NCBI GenBank assembly: GCA_964342675.1
Contig: CAYFFR010000001.1
Coordinates: 20,981-84,980 of the forward strand
Length of the DNA stretch: 64,000 nt
Direction: 5' to 3'
Source: an uncultured Gammaproteobacteria bacterium
GTDB lineage: Bacteria; Pseudomonadota; Gammaproteobacteria; Magnimaribacterales; D2472
Shown: positions 47,840 to 56,931 of the stretch, piece by piece
Position numbering within the stretch: position 1 is the stretch's first letter
How the letters are laid out: each line of letters begins with the position of its first letter
Program-made: the position numbers and the translations under genes
The notes under the pieces: generated by a model
Told to the model about the DNA's origin: nothing
Database searches by the model: none
Seen by the model: only the letters and a program-made list of their open reading frames with translations

Positions 47840-47915
47840 GCGGGTGTGGTGTTAACGGCTAGCACAATAGCCTTCCAAGCTATTGGTACGGGTTCGAATC
47901 CCGTCACCCGCTCCA
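47840..47915 (+). tRNA. tRNA-Gly (anticodon UCC)
   Basis: 76 nt folded by hand. Acceptor GCGGGTG/CACCCGC, D arm GTGT/GCAC, anticodon arm ATAGC-CT[TCC]AA-GCTAT, 4-nt variable loop, T arm ACGGG-TTCGAAT-CCCGT, discriminator T, encoded CCA. Very similar to E. coli tRNA-Gly(UCC). Confidence 0.95.
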
Positions 47916-47982
47916 ATTTATTACATTATCTTTAACTTATTCATAAAAGGACATACTAGAATCTATAGGTTAAAATGAGTCT

Positions 47983-48876
47983 ATGAATCTAATAGCTGGA
48001 TTGTTTGGATTACAAAACTTCTATGATGGTGACATAAACTCCTACATAGAAATCGCACAGGCTGCAGAAGAACTGGGTTTCCATGGGATCAGTCTAACGG
48101 ATCATGTGGTAATGGGTAAAAACTTACATAATTACCCTTTTGGTAAATTTCCTCTTCCATCTGAAGCTCCTTGGTTTGAGCCATTAACAGTTCTGACCAT
48201 GATTGCGTCTCATACAAAAAATCTCCATCTTGGAACAGCGGTTTTAATAGTCCCCTTAAGAAATCCTGGATTACTTGCTAAAACTATCGCAACTCTAGAT
48301 AGTATTTCTCGTGGAAGAGTTGAATTGGGTGTAGGTATGGGCTGGCAATCTGAAGAATATCATGCTGCTGGAGTGCCATTTAAGAAGCGTAGTGAAATTT
48401 TTTGGGAAACCCTAGAAATCTGTAAGTTGCTTTGGAAAGAAAGTCCTGTATCTCATAATGGAGAAATCTATCAGTTTGAAGATATTTGGTGTCAACCTCA
48501 ACCTTTACAGAAAGATAGTGTGCCATTGTTGTTTGGGCTTAAAATGACAGAAAAAACTGCAATAAAGATTGCTGAGATTGGTCATGGCTGGATACCGATC
48601 AAGACTAATAGTGAATTTATTTCAAAAGGAAGTAGTCTACTAAAGCAGGCATTTAAAGAGTTAAATAAATCAGAAGGTCCTATTATTAGAGGTCAATTAC
48701 CAACTCGCTTTGATGGTAACGGAGTGCCTAATCTTGATTTGACACTTAAAGAACTTGAAAAATCAATAAAAGCAGGGTTGACTGAAATAGAGATCTTTCC
48801 AATTAATTTTGTCAGGTCAAAAGAAGACATTTTACCGGTATTAAAAGAAATAGGTTCTTTGAAAGATGCAGTATAG
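47983..48876 (+). CDS. luciferase-like (LLM-class) flavin/F420-dependent oxidoreductase
   Basis: 297 aa. GFHGISLTDHV..., LGTAVLIVPLRNP and GRVELGVGMGW are typical LLM TIM-barrel blocks. Confidence 0.75.
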   Translation: MNLIAGLFGLQNFYDGDINSYIEIAQAAEELGFHGISLTDHVVMGKNLHNYPFGKFPLPSEAPWFEPLTVLTMIASHTKNLHLGTAVLIVPLRNPGLLAKTIATLDSISRGRVELGVGMGWQSEEYHAAGVPFKKRSEIFWETLEICKLLWKESPVSHNGEIYQFEDIWCQPQPLQKDSVPLLFGLKMTEKTAIKIAEIGHGWIPIKTNSEFISKGSSLLKQAFKELNKSEGPIIRGQLPTRFDGNGVPNLDLTLKELEKSIKAGLTEIEIFPINFVRSKEDILPVLKEIGSLKDAV

Positions 48877-49345
48877 GTTTATTCAAAATTTAACTTTATT
48901 CTTATTAATTTCATCATCACTCTCTCTAGGAGCAAATAATATGGAAATAAATAATGACGTCAAGCAAGTAATATACGGATATGCAGATATCATTGATTCA
49001 AGAAGGTTTGATGAGCTAAATACGATTATGTGGGACGACTTTACTATGACTGGAGTCTATGATCTTAAAGGTATTGATGGTTTTATGGGAGCTATGGATC
49101 AATTGGTATCAATGTATGAACGCACTATGCATTTTATTGGGAATATTGAAGGTCAATGGGAAGGTGATATATATAAAGGCAAAACTTATTGTATAGCTAG
49201 CCATATTTATAAAGAAAATGATAAGTACATGAAACTTGATATGGGTATCATTTATGAAGATACCCTGGAAAGAAGAGATGGATCAGTAAAATTTGTTAAT
49301 AGAAACTTTAATCTACAATGGATGAAAACAGACCAGTTAGATTAA
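48866..49345 (+). CDS. NTF2-fold SnoaL-like protein, possibly exported
   Basis: 159 aa. Hydrophobic N-terminus (LTLFLLISSSLSLGA) followed by VKQVIYGYADIIDSRRFDEL, typical of SnoaL_4. The start could instead be the internal MEINN. Confidence 0.55.
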   Translation: MQYRFIQNLTLFLLISSSLSLGANNMEINNDVKQVIYGYADIIDSRRFDELNTIMWDDFTMTGVYDLKGIDGFMGAMDQLVSMYERTMHFIGNIEGQWEGDIYKGKTYCIASHIYKENDKYMKLDMGIIYEDTLERRDGSVKFVNRNFNLQWMKTDQLD

Positions 49346-49540
49346 ATGATTGTTGACTTTAAGCACCTTCAGAAAGCAAAGAAAAACTACTTTTCTCATG
49401 GTATCAGGGTATTAAAAATTTCTTTCTTTATGATAATTCTTTCTATTGCAGGGATTCTGCATGCAATTTTCCCGTTCGTTTTTTTAAAAACCGTTAGTAA
49501 TGGTGTAAAAAAATTGTATAAAGAAACGCAAGATTTTTAA
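49346..49540 (+). CDS. small membrane protein, unknown function
   Basis: 64 aa with one central hydrophobic helix (ISFFMIILSIAGILHAIFPFVF). It starts immediately after the upstream stop. Confidence 0.4.
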   Translation: MIVDFKHLQKAKKNYFSHGIRVLKISFFMIILSIAGILHAIFPFVFLKTVSNGVKKLYKETQDF

Positions 49541-50325
49541 TTAACAATACTTAGCTCTTCACTTGCCTCAATAATATCTCGGTGTAAGTCAAAATAAGCT
49601 ATTCTTTCAGGGTTACTTGGGTGAGTATCGAAAAACGATGATCTCTTACCAACCTTATCTTTAAGTTTTGCAATTCTTAATAAAGCCAGTTTTGCTTCAT
49701 CAAGATCATATCCTGCATGATAAATAATAGATAATGCAAAAAGATCCGCTTCATTCTCTTGATCCCTAGAGAACCTAAAATTTGCTAGTTGGCCTCCAAT
49801 CTCTGATACTTGATCAATATTTACATCATTCCCAAAAATAATGAAGCCTAAAGAGGCCGCTGTGACTCTCCCTAGAGCGTTATTCTTGAAAGATTCATTT
49901 AAGTGATCAGCAATATGGTGAGATATTTCATGAGCTATAACAAAAGCAAGTTCAGATTCAGTTTCTAAGGAGTTAACTAATCCAGAAAAGACAACTATAT
50001 TATTTTGATCAGATGCATATGCATTGAAGCTTGTGTTTCTAACTAATTGAATATCCCATTCGCATGAATCAGTCTTATCTGCATATTGTTCACAAAACTT
50101 TTTACTCCAAAGCGAGATCCGATTTGTAACCTTAATAAATAAAGCAAGTAGTTCTTCTTCTGTCTTAGGAGCCACATCATCTAGGTTTGTTGATCTAATG
50201 TATTTCTGAGACTCTTTAATCTGATCATAAGATAGTTCTCGGACTTTGAAATCTACTCCTACACAACTAGAAATAATGAAAATTGAAAGAAATAGTACTG
50301 TAATTATTTTAAAGTCTTGGAACAT
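49537..50325 (-). CDS. M48-family zinc metallopeptidase lipoprotein
   Basis: 262 aa. Lipobox IISSC, zinc motif HEISHHIADH, downstream ENEADLF and FFDTHPSNPERI. Confidence 0.85.
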   Translation of the reverse strand: MFQDFKIITVLFLSIFIISSCVGVDFKVRELSYDQIKESQKYIRSTNLDDVAPKTEEELLALFIKVTNRISLWSKKFCEQYADKTDSCEWDIQLVRNTSFNAYASDQNNIVVFSGLVNSLETESELAFVIAHEISHHIADHLNESFKNNALGRVTAASLGFIIFGNDVNIDQVSEIGGQLANFRFSRDQENEADLFALSIIYHAGYDLDEAKLALLRIAKLKDKVGKRSSFFDTHPSNPERIAYFDLHRDIIEASEELSIVN

Positions 50326-50371
50326 TTAGAATGGTCCCAAGACTTTAATAATAAAAATTATAGCTAATGAA

Positions 50372-50824
50372 TTAGTCGTCGTTATAGTTAACTTTTCTTA
50401 AGATTACTAAATCAACGATTTCTCTCATATCATCATATCCAGACGCAATATCTCTTTGCTCTTTTTCTGATATAACGTTTCTCCATTCATTAAGGAATTT
50501 CTCGTAGGCTTCTTTATTTGGCTCCATAGCTGCAGCATTTTTATACCTCACAGTTAAAAATACATTTGGGCTTGTCCCTGCCGTATTTGCTGTCCAAACG
50601 CTATAGTCAATAACTTGACCCAACTTTTTTTGGACTTCCAATGAATCCACCCAGGTAGATTTAAGATTTACCAAATAATCATCTACATAGTTAGGTTTAA
50701 CCTTAACTACAGTCATTTCGACAACTTCCTCACTAGGTGAATAATCTTTCCAAATTTCAGCAACACCATAATTAGATATAGAAGCTAAAAAAATCAATGA
50801 AAAAGATAATTTAAATAATTTCAT
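50372..50824 (-). CDS. secreted protein of unknown function (single alpha+beta domain)
   Basis: 150 aa. Signal peptide MKLFKLSFSLIFLASISNYGVA. No catalytic motif recognised. Confidence 0.5.
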   Translation of the reverse strand: MKLFKLSFSLIFLASISNYGVAEIWKDYSPSEEVVEMTVVKVKPNYVDDYLVNLKSTWVDSLEVQKKLGQVIDYSVWTANTAGTSPNVFLTVRYKNAAAMEPNKEAYEKFLNEWRNVISEKEQRDIASGYDDMREIVDLVILRKVNYNDD

Positions 50825-50891
50825 AATAATCTCCTTAAAGAGAACATTATATTCTTATGTTTTTAAAGAGTGTTAGAAACATGTAAAAATC

Positions 50892-51629
50892 TTAATTTAT
50901 TTTATAGCCCTTAAAAATATCTCTTCTAAAACAAGTTGATTGATCTTTGAAATTATCAGAAATTATTCTAAAACTTGTATCATCTAGTGTTGATTCAGCA
51001 AAATCATTGTATTTTGCTTGGCTATCAAAAATATTTACCCAACTAAAATTATTATTCGATGAGTTTTCTAGATACATTGACTGGTATGTAATATCCTTTT
51101 GCGACATAAAAAATTTTAAATCATCAACACTCATATTAAATGTTAGAAATGAGCCATCTTCAGTATATGAGCATTCTAAAAGTTCAATATATGAGCCTTG
51201 AGGATTGAAATTATTTCCATTTGAAACAACCATATCCAAACCATTAGATACAAAATTTGGTTTGATGCACGACGAAACATCTACAAAAGAATTATTAATT
51301 ATTTCATTATAATTATCCAAACTAATTGAGCTCTTTTTTTTAATCCATATCTCAAAAATATTTGAAACTAAGTTACCGTCCATAATTGGAAAAACAATTA
51401 ATATGTTGTCATTAGATGCAACCTGGCCAACTTCATCGACGAAGGCTGGTATCAGCTCTTCAACTTTATTCAAAGTGAAATCATTGATAATTGAGCATCT
51501 AAATGCTTGAAATTGATAATTAAAATCTGGCTTGATTAATTGACTGATTCTTGATTCGCTATCATTTCTGCCATATTCACACGAGCAAATTAAGCTAGTA
51601 GATAGAAGTATCAAAATAAACTTTTGCAC
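50892..51629 (-). CDS. exported (possibly lipo-) protein of unknown function with two similar halves
   Basis: 245 aa. N-terminal MQKFILILLSTSLICSC. Halves begin FRCSIINDFTLNKVEELIPAFV and LLECSYTEDGSFLTFNMSVDDLKFFM. Confidence 0.5.
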   Translation of the reverse strand: MQKFILILLSTSLICSCEYGRNDSESRISQLIKPDFNYQFQAFRCSIINDFTLNKVEELIPAFVDEVGQVASNDNILIVFPIMDGNLVSNIFEIWIKKKSSISLDNYNEIINNSFVDVSSCIKPNFVSNGLDMVVSNGNNFNPQGSYIELLECSYTEDGSFLTFNMSVDDLKFFMSQKDITYQSMYLENSSNNNFSWVNIFDSQAKYNDFAESTLDDTSFRIISDNFKDQSTCFRRDIFKGYKIN

Positions 51630-51672
51630 GGTTGCACTCTAACATTAAAAAGAAGTATGTGATAATAAAAAG

Positions 51673-52641
51673 GTGTATAAATACAATAAAAATTTCTTTT
51701 ATATATACATTATATTTTTAATATTCCCACTTAATGCAGGGTATAAAATTGCCTTTGGATCATGTTTAGATCAAAAGCTTCCTCAGCCAATATGGAGTGC
51801 TATAGAAAAAGAGAATATTAATAGTTTTATTTTTCTAGGAGACAATGTTTATGGTGATAAACCTGATGGAAATATTGAATACTTAAAACAAGCTTATGCT
51901 ATTCAAGGTAAAAAACTACCAGCATGGTTAAAGCAAAAAGATCTAATGGTAATTTGGGATGATCATGACTACGGAGTTAATGATGGAGGTAGCGATTATT
52001 ATAATAAAAAGATTTCGCAAGAAATTTTCTTAAAATTTTGGAACATTAATCTAGATGATAAAAGGTACTCTCGTGAAGGCATATATTTTAGTTCCTATAA
52101 AAACATTAATGGATTTAAAGTTCATTTTATTGGCTTAGATACAAGGTTTTTCCGATCAAGATTAAAAGGTAAAAGAAAAAGATATGTGCCTAATAATGAT
52201 GAAAATGCGACTATACTAGGTAATCAACAATGGGCTTGGTTAAAAAAAGAGTTAGAACTAAAGTCTGATATTAAGGTTATCATGTCATCAATTCAAATTC
52301 TTGCTTCTAGTCATCGATTTGAAAAATGGTCTAACTTTCCACATGAGAGAAACCAATTACTTGATCTATTAAAGAATAAAACCAACGCAAAAAATATATT
52401 ATTAATTTCTGGAGATAGGCATCGTGGAGGAATCTATAAATTAGATAATATTGTTGAAATTACTGCGTCGAGTCTTAATAAACCTGGTTCGATAAAAGCA
52501 GAAACTGATCCGCTACTTATAGGAAAAACACATCCAAATGAAAATTATGGATTAATGGAAATTTCTAATAACAAATTAATAATCTACTTAAAAGATATCA
52601 ATGGTGCTCTCTTGGAGAGTATCAATATAAGCATTAATTAG
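51673..52641 (+). CDS. PhoD-like (alkaline phosphatase D family) metallophosphatase, short form
   Basis: 322 aa, GTG start, signal-like N-terminus. FGSCLDQ, FIFLGDNVYGD, VIWDDHDYGVNDGG and ISGDRHRG are calcineurin-fold/PhoD metal-ligand blocks. Confidence 0.8.
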   Translation: MYKYNKNFFYIYIIFLIFPLNAGYKIAFGSCLDQKLPQPIWSAIEKENINSFIFLGDNVYGDKPDGNIEYLKQAYAIQGKKLPAWLKQKDLMVIWDDHDYGVNDGGSDYYNKKISQEIFLKFWNINLDDKRYSREGIYFSSYKNINGFKVHFIGLDTRFFRSRLKGKRKRYVPNNDENATILGNQQWAWLKKELELKSDIKVIMSSIQILASSHRFEKWSNFPHERNQLLDLLKNKTNAKNILLISGDRHRGGIYKLDNIVEITASSLNKPGSIKAETDPLLIGKTHPNENYGLMEISNNKLIIYLKDINGALLESINISIN

Positions 52642-52649
52642 ATAAAACC

Positions 52650-53102
52650 TTAGTTAAGAACAAGGATTTGTCCTTTAAATAAAGTATTGCATTGGCCTTC
52701 ATAAAGATTAGCGAGCCTCTTTTCATCATTATATTCAAGAAATTTTACTTTCTGTTCACAAGTATAAAGAGAGTTAATAGTTCTACTATTTTTATATTGT
52801 AGATAGTCTGCATATAATCCAAATAGAACTACATCATGATGTGCTTCTGGAAGTGTATTCTTTAAGATAATTTTTCCATTACCTTCAGAGCTAAAGCATC
52901 CAACAGACCCAGATGGACATACAGAAATTACAGCATCATCATTATAAATAACCTCAATTTGAGGTTGATTTATACCCAGTATATTTTTGGCAATTGAAAA
53001 AATATTTTCATTTCCATAGGAGATAGGAGATGAAAATAATATAATTAAGAAAAAACACCAGGGCCAACTTAATGATTGTACAAATTTATATAAATGTGTC
53101 AT
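52650..53102 (-). CDS. secreted Cys-containing protein of unknown function
   Basis: 150 aa with a hydrophobic N-terminus (WPWCFFLIILFSSPISYG). No recognisable motif. Confidence 0.45.
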   Translation of the reverse strand: MTHLYKFVQSLSWPWCFFLIILFSSPISYGNENIFSIAKNILGINQPQIEVIYNDDAVISVCPSGSVGCFSSEGNGKIILKNTLPEAHHDVVLFGLYADYLQYKNSRTINSLYTCEQKVKFLEYNDEKRLANLYEGQCNTLFKGQILVLN

Positions 53103-53114
53103 ATATGTCTCTTA

Positions 53115-53144
53115 TGTGACAATTATGTGTCACAAACGTCAAAT
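53115..53144 (+). promoter_or_regulatory. three tandem Pho-box-like units (site 3), also forming an inverted repeat
   Basis: TGTGACA-ATTA-TGTGTCA-CAAAC-GTCAAAT. Unit starts are 11 and 12 bp apart. The first two units also form TGTGACA-N6-TGTCACA. TATATA follows 10 bp after the GTGACAATTATGTGTCAC box. The site lies between the divergent 52650-53102 gene and the amidohydrolase operon. Confidence 0.4.
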
Positions 53145-53196
53145 ATATATGAACTTTCATAAATTTGTCAAATAATGAAACTCTATAGGGGGAAAT

Positions 53197-54474
53197 ATGA
53201 AAAAACTAATATTAGCAATTATTACATTTAATACCTTTTCTATAAGTGTTACATCAAAAACCTTAATTCATGCAGGTGAATTACTTGATGTATATAATGG
53301 AAAAGTAGAAACAAAAATTTCTATAATAATTGATCAAAACAAAATCGAGTCCGTTAAGAAAGGCTATGTTTCTACATCTGGTTTTGATGAAGTTATAAAT
53401 TTAAAAGATGCTTTTGTTTTACCTGGCTTGATGGATGCTCATGTTCATTTGGCTGGGGAATATATGCCTAAATCAGAAAGAGAAATGAAAATTGAACCTG
53501 AATTCAATGCTATTTTTGCTTCAAATAGTGCTAAAAAAACTCTAATGGCTGGGTTTACATCAGTTAGAAATCTTGGTGATGGTGGAATGGAAACAATCTC
53601 ATTAAGAAAAGCAATTAGTAAGGGGGTTGTGGTTGGGCCAAGAATTATTACCTCCGGTAAGACTATTGCTACTACCGGTGGTCATGGAGATCCTACTAAT
53701 GGTCTACCAAAACTCTTATATTCCCCTCCTACACCAGAAGAAGGAGTGGTGGATAGTAGTACTGATATAAAAAAAGCAGTTAGGCAACGTTATAAAGATG
53801 GTGCTGATGGAATTAAAATTACTGCGACGGGTGGAGTGCTAAGTGTAGCTAAATCTGGAGACAATCCTCAATTTACTAATAACGAATTAGAAGCTCTAAT
53901 TAAAATAGCTAAGGACTATGATTTCTGGGTTGCTGCACATGCCCATGGAAAAATGGGTATGCTTAGGGCAGTTAATGCAGGGGTTGATTCAATTGAGCAT
54001 GGTACATTTATGGATCAAGAAGTCATGGATGCAATGATAAAGCAAGGCACATATTATGTCCCAACTATTTTAGCTGGTGAATGGGTTGCTGAAAAATCTA
54101 AAATAGATAACTTCTTTCCTGAATTAGTTAGGCCAAAAGCAGCAAGGATTGGTCCAAAAATTTTATCAACATTTACTGAAGCTCATAAGGCGGGTGTAAA
54201 AATTGCATTTGGAACTGATTCTGGAGTATCAGCACATGGTGATAACTGGAAAGAATTTCCGTTAATGGTAAAAGGAGGTATGACTCCATTAGAAGCGATC
54301 CAAAGTGCTACCATTGAAACAGCTATTCTATTTAGAATGGAAGATAGTATTGGTCAAATAAAACCTAATTATATGGCCGATATTATTGCTTTCAAAAATA
54401 GTCCTTTAGATGATATCTCAGAAATAGAAAATGTCATTTTTGTTATGAAAGATGGTGTGGTCTATAAGAATTAA
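53197..54474 (+). CDS. amidohydrolase-superfamily metal-dependent hydrolase, exported
   Basis: 425 aa. Signal peptide, LPGLMDAHVHL (HxH), later AAHAHG, IEHG and FGTDSG metal/catalytic blocks. Resembles the Xaa-Pro dipeptidase/imidazolonepropionase-related subgroup. Confidence 0.8.
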   Translation: MKKLILAIITFNTFSISVTSKTLIHAGELLDVYNGKVETKISIIIDQNKIESVKKGYVSTSGFDEVINLKDAFVLPGLMDAHVHLAGEYMPKSEREMKIEPEFNAIFASNSAKKTLMAGFTSVRNLGDGGMETISLRKAISKGVVVGPRIITSGKTIATTGGHGDPTNGLPKLLYSPPTPEEGVVDSSTDIKKAVRQRYKDGADGIKITATGGVLSVAKSGDNPQFTNNELEALIKIAKDYDFWVAAHAHGKMGMLRAVNAGVDSIEHGTFMDQEVMDAMIKQGTYYVPTILAGEWVAEKSKIDNFFPELVRPKAARIGPKILSTFTEAHKAGVKIAFGTDSGVSAHGDNWKEFPLMVKGGMTPLEAIQSATIETAILFRMEDSIGQIKPNYMADIIAFKNSPLDDISEIENVIFVMKDGVVYKN

Positions 54475-54510
54475 TATCGTCTTTGATAAATAAAGTCTAT
54501 TACAAATTAG

Positions 54511-54945
54511 ATGACTATGATTTGGAAAACTCAACCAACAGCAGAAATATTGTCGACATTTAGATCTAGTATGAGTAAACATCTAGATATTAATGTTGTG
54601 GATGTTGGAGATGATTGGTTAAGAATGAGCATGCCTGTAAATACCAAAACCACACAACCGATGGGCTTTCTTCATGGTGGAGCATCTTGTGTATTAGCAG
54701 AATCTGTAGCCAGTTCTGCTGCATGGCTGTGTATTGATTCATCAAAAGAGATAGTTTTAGGGTTAGAAATTAATGCCAATCATGTTAAAACAGTTAGGGA
54801 GGGTCTGATATATGGTACTGCAAAACCAATTCATCTTGGAAAATCAACCTCGGTCTGGGATGTCAGAATCACTCAAGACATGAATGAAGAATTAATATGT
54901 ATATCTAGAGTTACTTTAGCAGTTAAACCCCTTCGCAATGATTAA
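54511..54945 (+). CDS. PaaI/YbdB-type hotdog-fold thioesterase
   Basis: 144 aa. QPMGFLHGGASCVLAESVASSAA is the signature block of PaaI-family thioesterases. Confidence 0.8.
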   Translation: MTMIWKTQPTAEILSTFRSSMSKHLDINVVDVGDDWLRMSMPVNTKTTQPMGFLHGGASCVLAESVASSAAWLCIDSSKEIVLGLEINANHVKTVREGLIYGTAKPIHLGKSTSVWDVRITQDMNEELICISRVTLAVKPLRND

Positions 54946-55183
54946 TAAAAAAATAACCTACTGGAAATTAAATTTGATCATAATTTCAGTGTTAATAATT
55001 ATATGGTTTATGGCCTCACTTGGTTTTGGTGTCATTTTTGCTGATAGCATTGATCATATAAAAATAGGAGGTTTTAAACTTGGATTTTGGTTTGCTCAAC
55101 AAGGAAGCATAATTATATTTCTATTATTAATTCTAATTTATGTATTAGTCATGAACATCGTTGATAAAAAATTTAAAGATTAA
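54938..55183 (+). CDS. DUF4212 small membrane subunit of a Na+/solute symporter
   Basis: 81 aa, two TM helices, YWKLNLIIISVL...GFKLGFWFAQQGSIIIF. Always found immediately upstream of VC_2705-type symporters, as it is here. Confidence 0.75.
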   Translation: MINKKITYWKLNLIIISVLIIIWFMASLGFGVIFADSIDHIKIGGFKLGFWFAQQGSIIIFLLLILIYVLVMNIVDKKFKD

Positions 55184-56931
55184 TGGATGTTCAATCTTTA
55201 ACATATTTATTTGTTGGTAGTACATTTGTCTTATACATTTTGATAGCAATTTGGTCTAAAGCAAAATCAACTAATGACTTTTATATTGCTGGTAAAGGTG
55301 TCCATCCTATAGCTAATGGAATGGCAACGGCTGCAGATTGGATGTCAGCAGCTTCATTTTTATCAATGGCGGGTTTAATAGCATTTATGGGTAGAGATGG
55401 ATCAGTTTATTTAATGGGATGGACTGGTGGATATGTATTGCTAGCATTACTCTTAGCTCCCTATCTTAGAAAATTTGGTCAATTTACTGTACCAGACTTT
55501 ATAGGCGCAAGATATTATTCAAAATTAGCGAGATTCATAGCTGTAATTTGTCTAATAGTAATCTCTTTTACCTATATTGCAGGTCAAATGAGAGGAGTCG
55601 GTATTGTTTTTTCAAGATTCCTAGAAATCGATATTAATTTAGGGGTAATTGTTGGTATGTGTATAGTATTCTTCTATGCGGTGCTTGGAGGGATGAAAGG
55701 TATCACTTATACACAAGTAGCACAATATTGTGTTTTAATATTTGCTTATTTAGTTCCAGCGATATTTATATCCATAATTATGACAAATAATCCAAATCCT
55801 ATTTTTGGTTTTGGTGATACATTAGCAAATTCTTCAGTATATTTATTAGATAAGCTTGATAAGATTTCTATAGATCTTGGATTTGGTGCTTATACAGAAT
55901 TTAAAAAATCAACTATTGATATTTTCTGCATAACAGCTGCTTTGATGATAGGCACAGCTGGATTACCTCATGTAATTGTTAGATTCTTTACCGTTCCAAA
56001 AATAAAAGATGCAAGAAAGTCGGCAGGTTATGCATTGTTATTTATTGCTATCTTATATTTAACTGCTCCAGCTGTTGCAGCCTTTGCAAGAGTTAATTTA
56101 ATTGATTCAATTCAAGATCAGAGTTACGAAAATACTCCCGCTTGGTTTAAAAATTGGGAAGAAATAGGTTTGATAGCATGGGTAGATAAAAACAATGATG
56201 GAAAAATAAACTACTCAGATGGTAAAGCGCTAGTACCAGAAAAACCTCAATATAAAGATAACTCTAAGCAGAATAAACAAAGAGAAGTTAGTAATAAACT
56301 CAATAATGACTCAAAGAATGAAGTTTACATAGACAGGGATATTATTGTATTAGCTAATCCTGAAATTGCTCAGCTACCTGGATGGGTTATTGCTCTTGTA
56401 GCAGCAGGTGGATTAGCGGCTGCTTTATCAACTGCAGCTGGATTGCTTTTAGTTATTTCATCCGCGGTATCACATGATCTATTAAAAAAGATATTTATGC
56501 CAAAAATAAGTGAAAAACAGGAGTTACTTTTTGCAAGAATAGCTGCGGGTATTGCTGTTATAATTGCTGGTTTATTCGGCATCTTCCCGCCATCATTTGT
56601 TGCTGAAGTGGTTGCTTTAGCTTTTGGTCTAGCTGCAGCTACAATCTTTCCGGTTCTATTTTTGGGTATTTTTACAAAATGGGTTACAAAAGAGGGTGCT
56701 ATTCTAGGTATGTTATCGGGTCTTATCTTTACTCTAGGCTATATTATTAAATATAAATTTATATCACCTGAAATAAATAATTCAGAAAATTGGCTGTTTG
56801 GAATATCCCCTGAAGGCATTGGCGTTATAGGTTTTATAATTAACATGCTTGTCTCACTCTTCATAAGTATGATGACCCCTTCTACTCCAGTAAATGTTAA
56901 AAAGATGGTTAATGAACTTAGGCAGCCTTAA
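55183..56931 (+). CDS. sodium:solute symporter (SSS family, ActP/VC_2705-like)
   Basis: 582 aa, about 13-14 TM helices, with blocks FYIAGKGVHPIANGMATAADWMSAASFL and GGMKGITYTQVAQY. Confidence 0.9.
   Translation: MDVQSLTYLFVGSTFVLYILIAIWSKAKSTNDFYIAGKGVHPIANGMATAADWMSAASFLSMAGLIAFMGRDGSVYLMGWTGGYVLLALLLAPYLRKFGQFTVPDFIGARYYSKLARFIAVICLIVISFTYIAGQMRGVGIVFSRFLEIDINLGVIVGMCIVFFYAVLGGMKGITYTQVAQYCVLIFAYLVPAIFISIIMTNNPNPIFGFGDTLANSSVYLLDKLDKISIDLGFGAYTEFKKSTIDIFCITAALMIGTAGLPHVIVRFFTVPKIKDARKSAGYALLFIAILYLTAPAVAAFARVNLIDSIQDQSYENTPAWFKNWEEIGLIAWVDKNNDGKINYSDGKALVPEKPQYKDNSKQNKQREVSNKLNNDSKNEVYIDRDIIVLANPEIAQLPGWVIALVAAGGLAAALSTAAGLLLVISSAVSHDLLKKIFMPKISEKQELLFARIAAGIAVIIAGLFGIFPPSFVAEVVALAFGLAAATIFPVLFLGIFTKWVTKEGAILGMLSGLIFTLGYIIKYKFISPEINNSENWLFGISPEGIGVIGFIINMLVSLFISMMTPSTPVNVKKMVNELRQP

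Noticed and set aside
47916-53102. Genomic island integrated at tRNA-Gly
   Set aside because: No integrase or recombinase, no repeat of the tRNA 3' end, and no mobile-element genes were seen. It is kept only as a low-interest note.
53115-53134. CRP/FNR-type site (TGTGA...TCACA)
   Set aside because: The half-sites are separated by 10 bp, whereas the CRP consensus requires 6 bp. I therefore did not call it a CRP box. It is reported instead as tandem or inverted repeats of unknown regulator.
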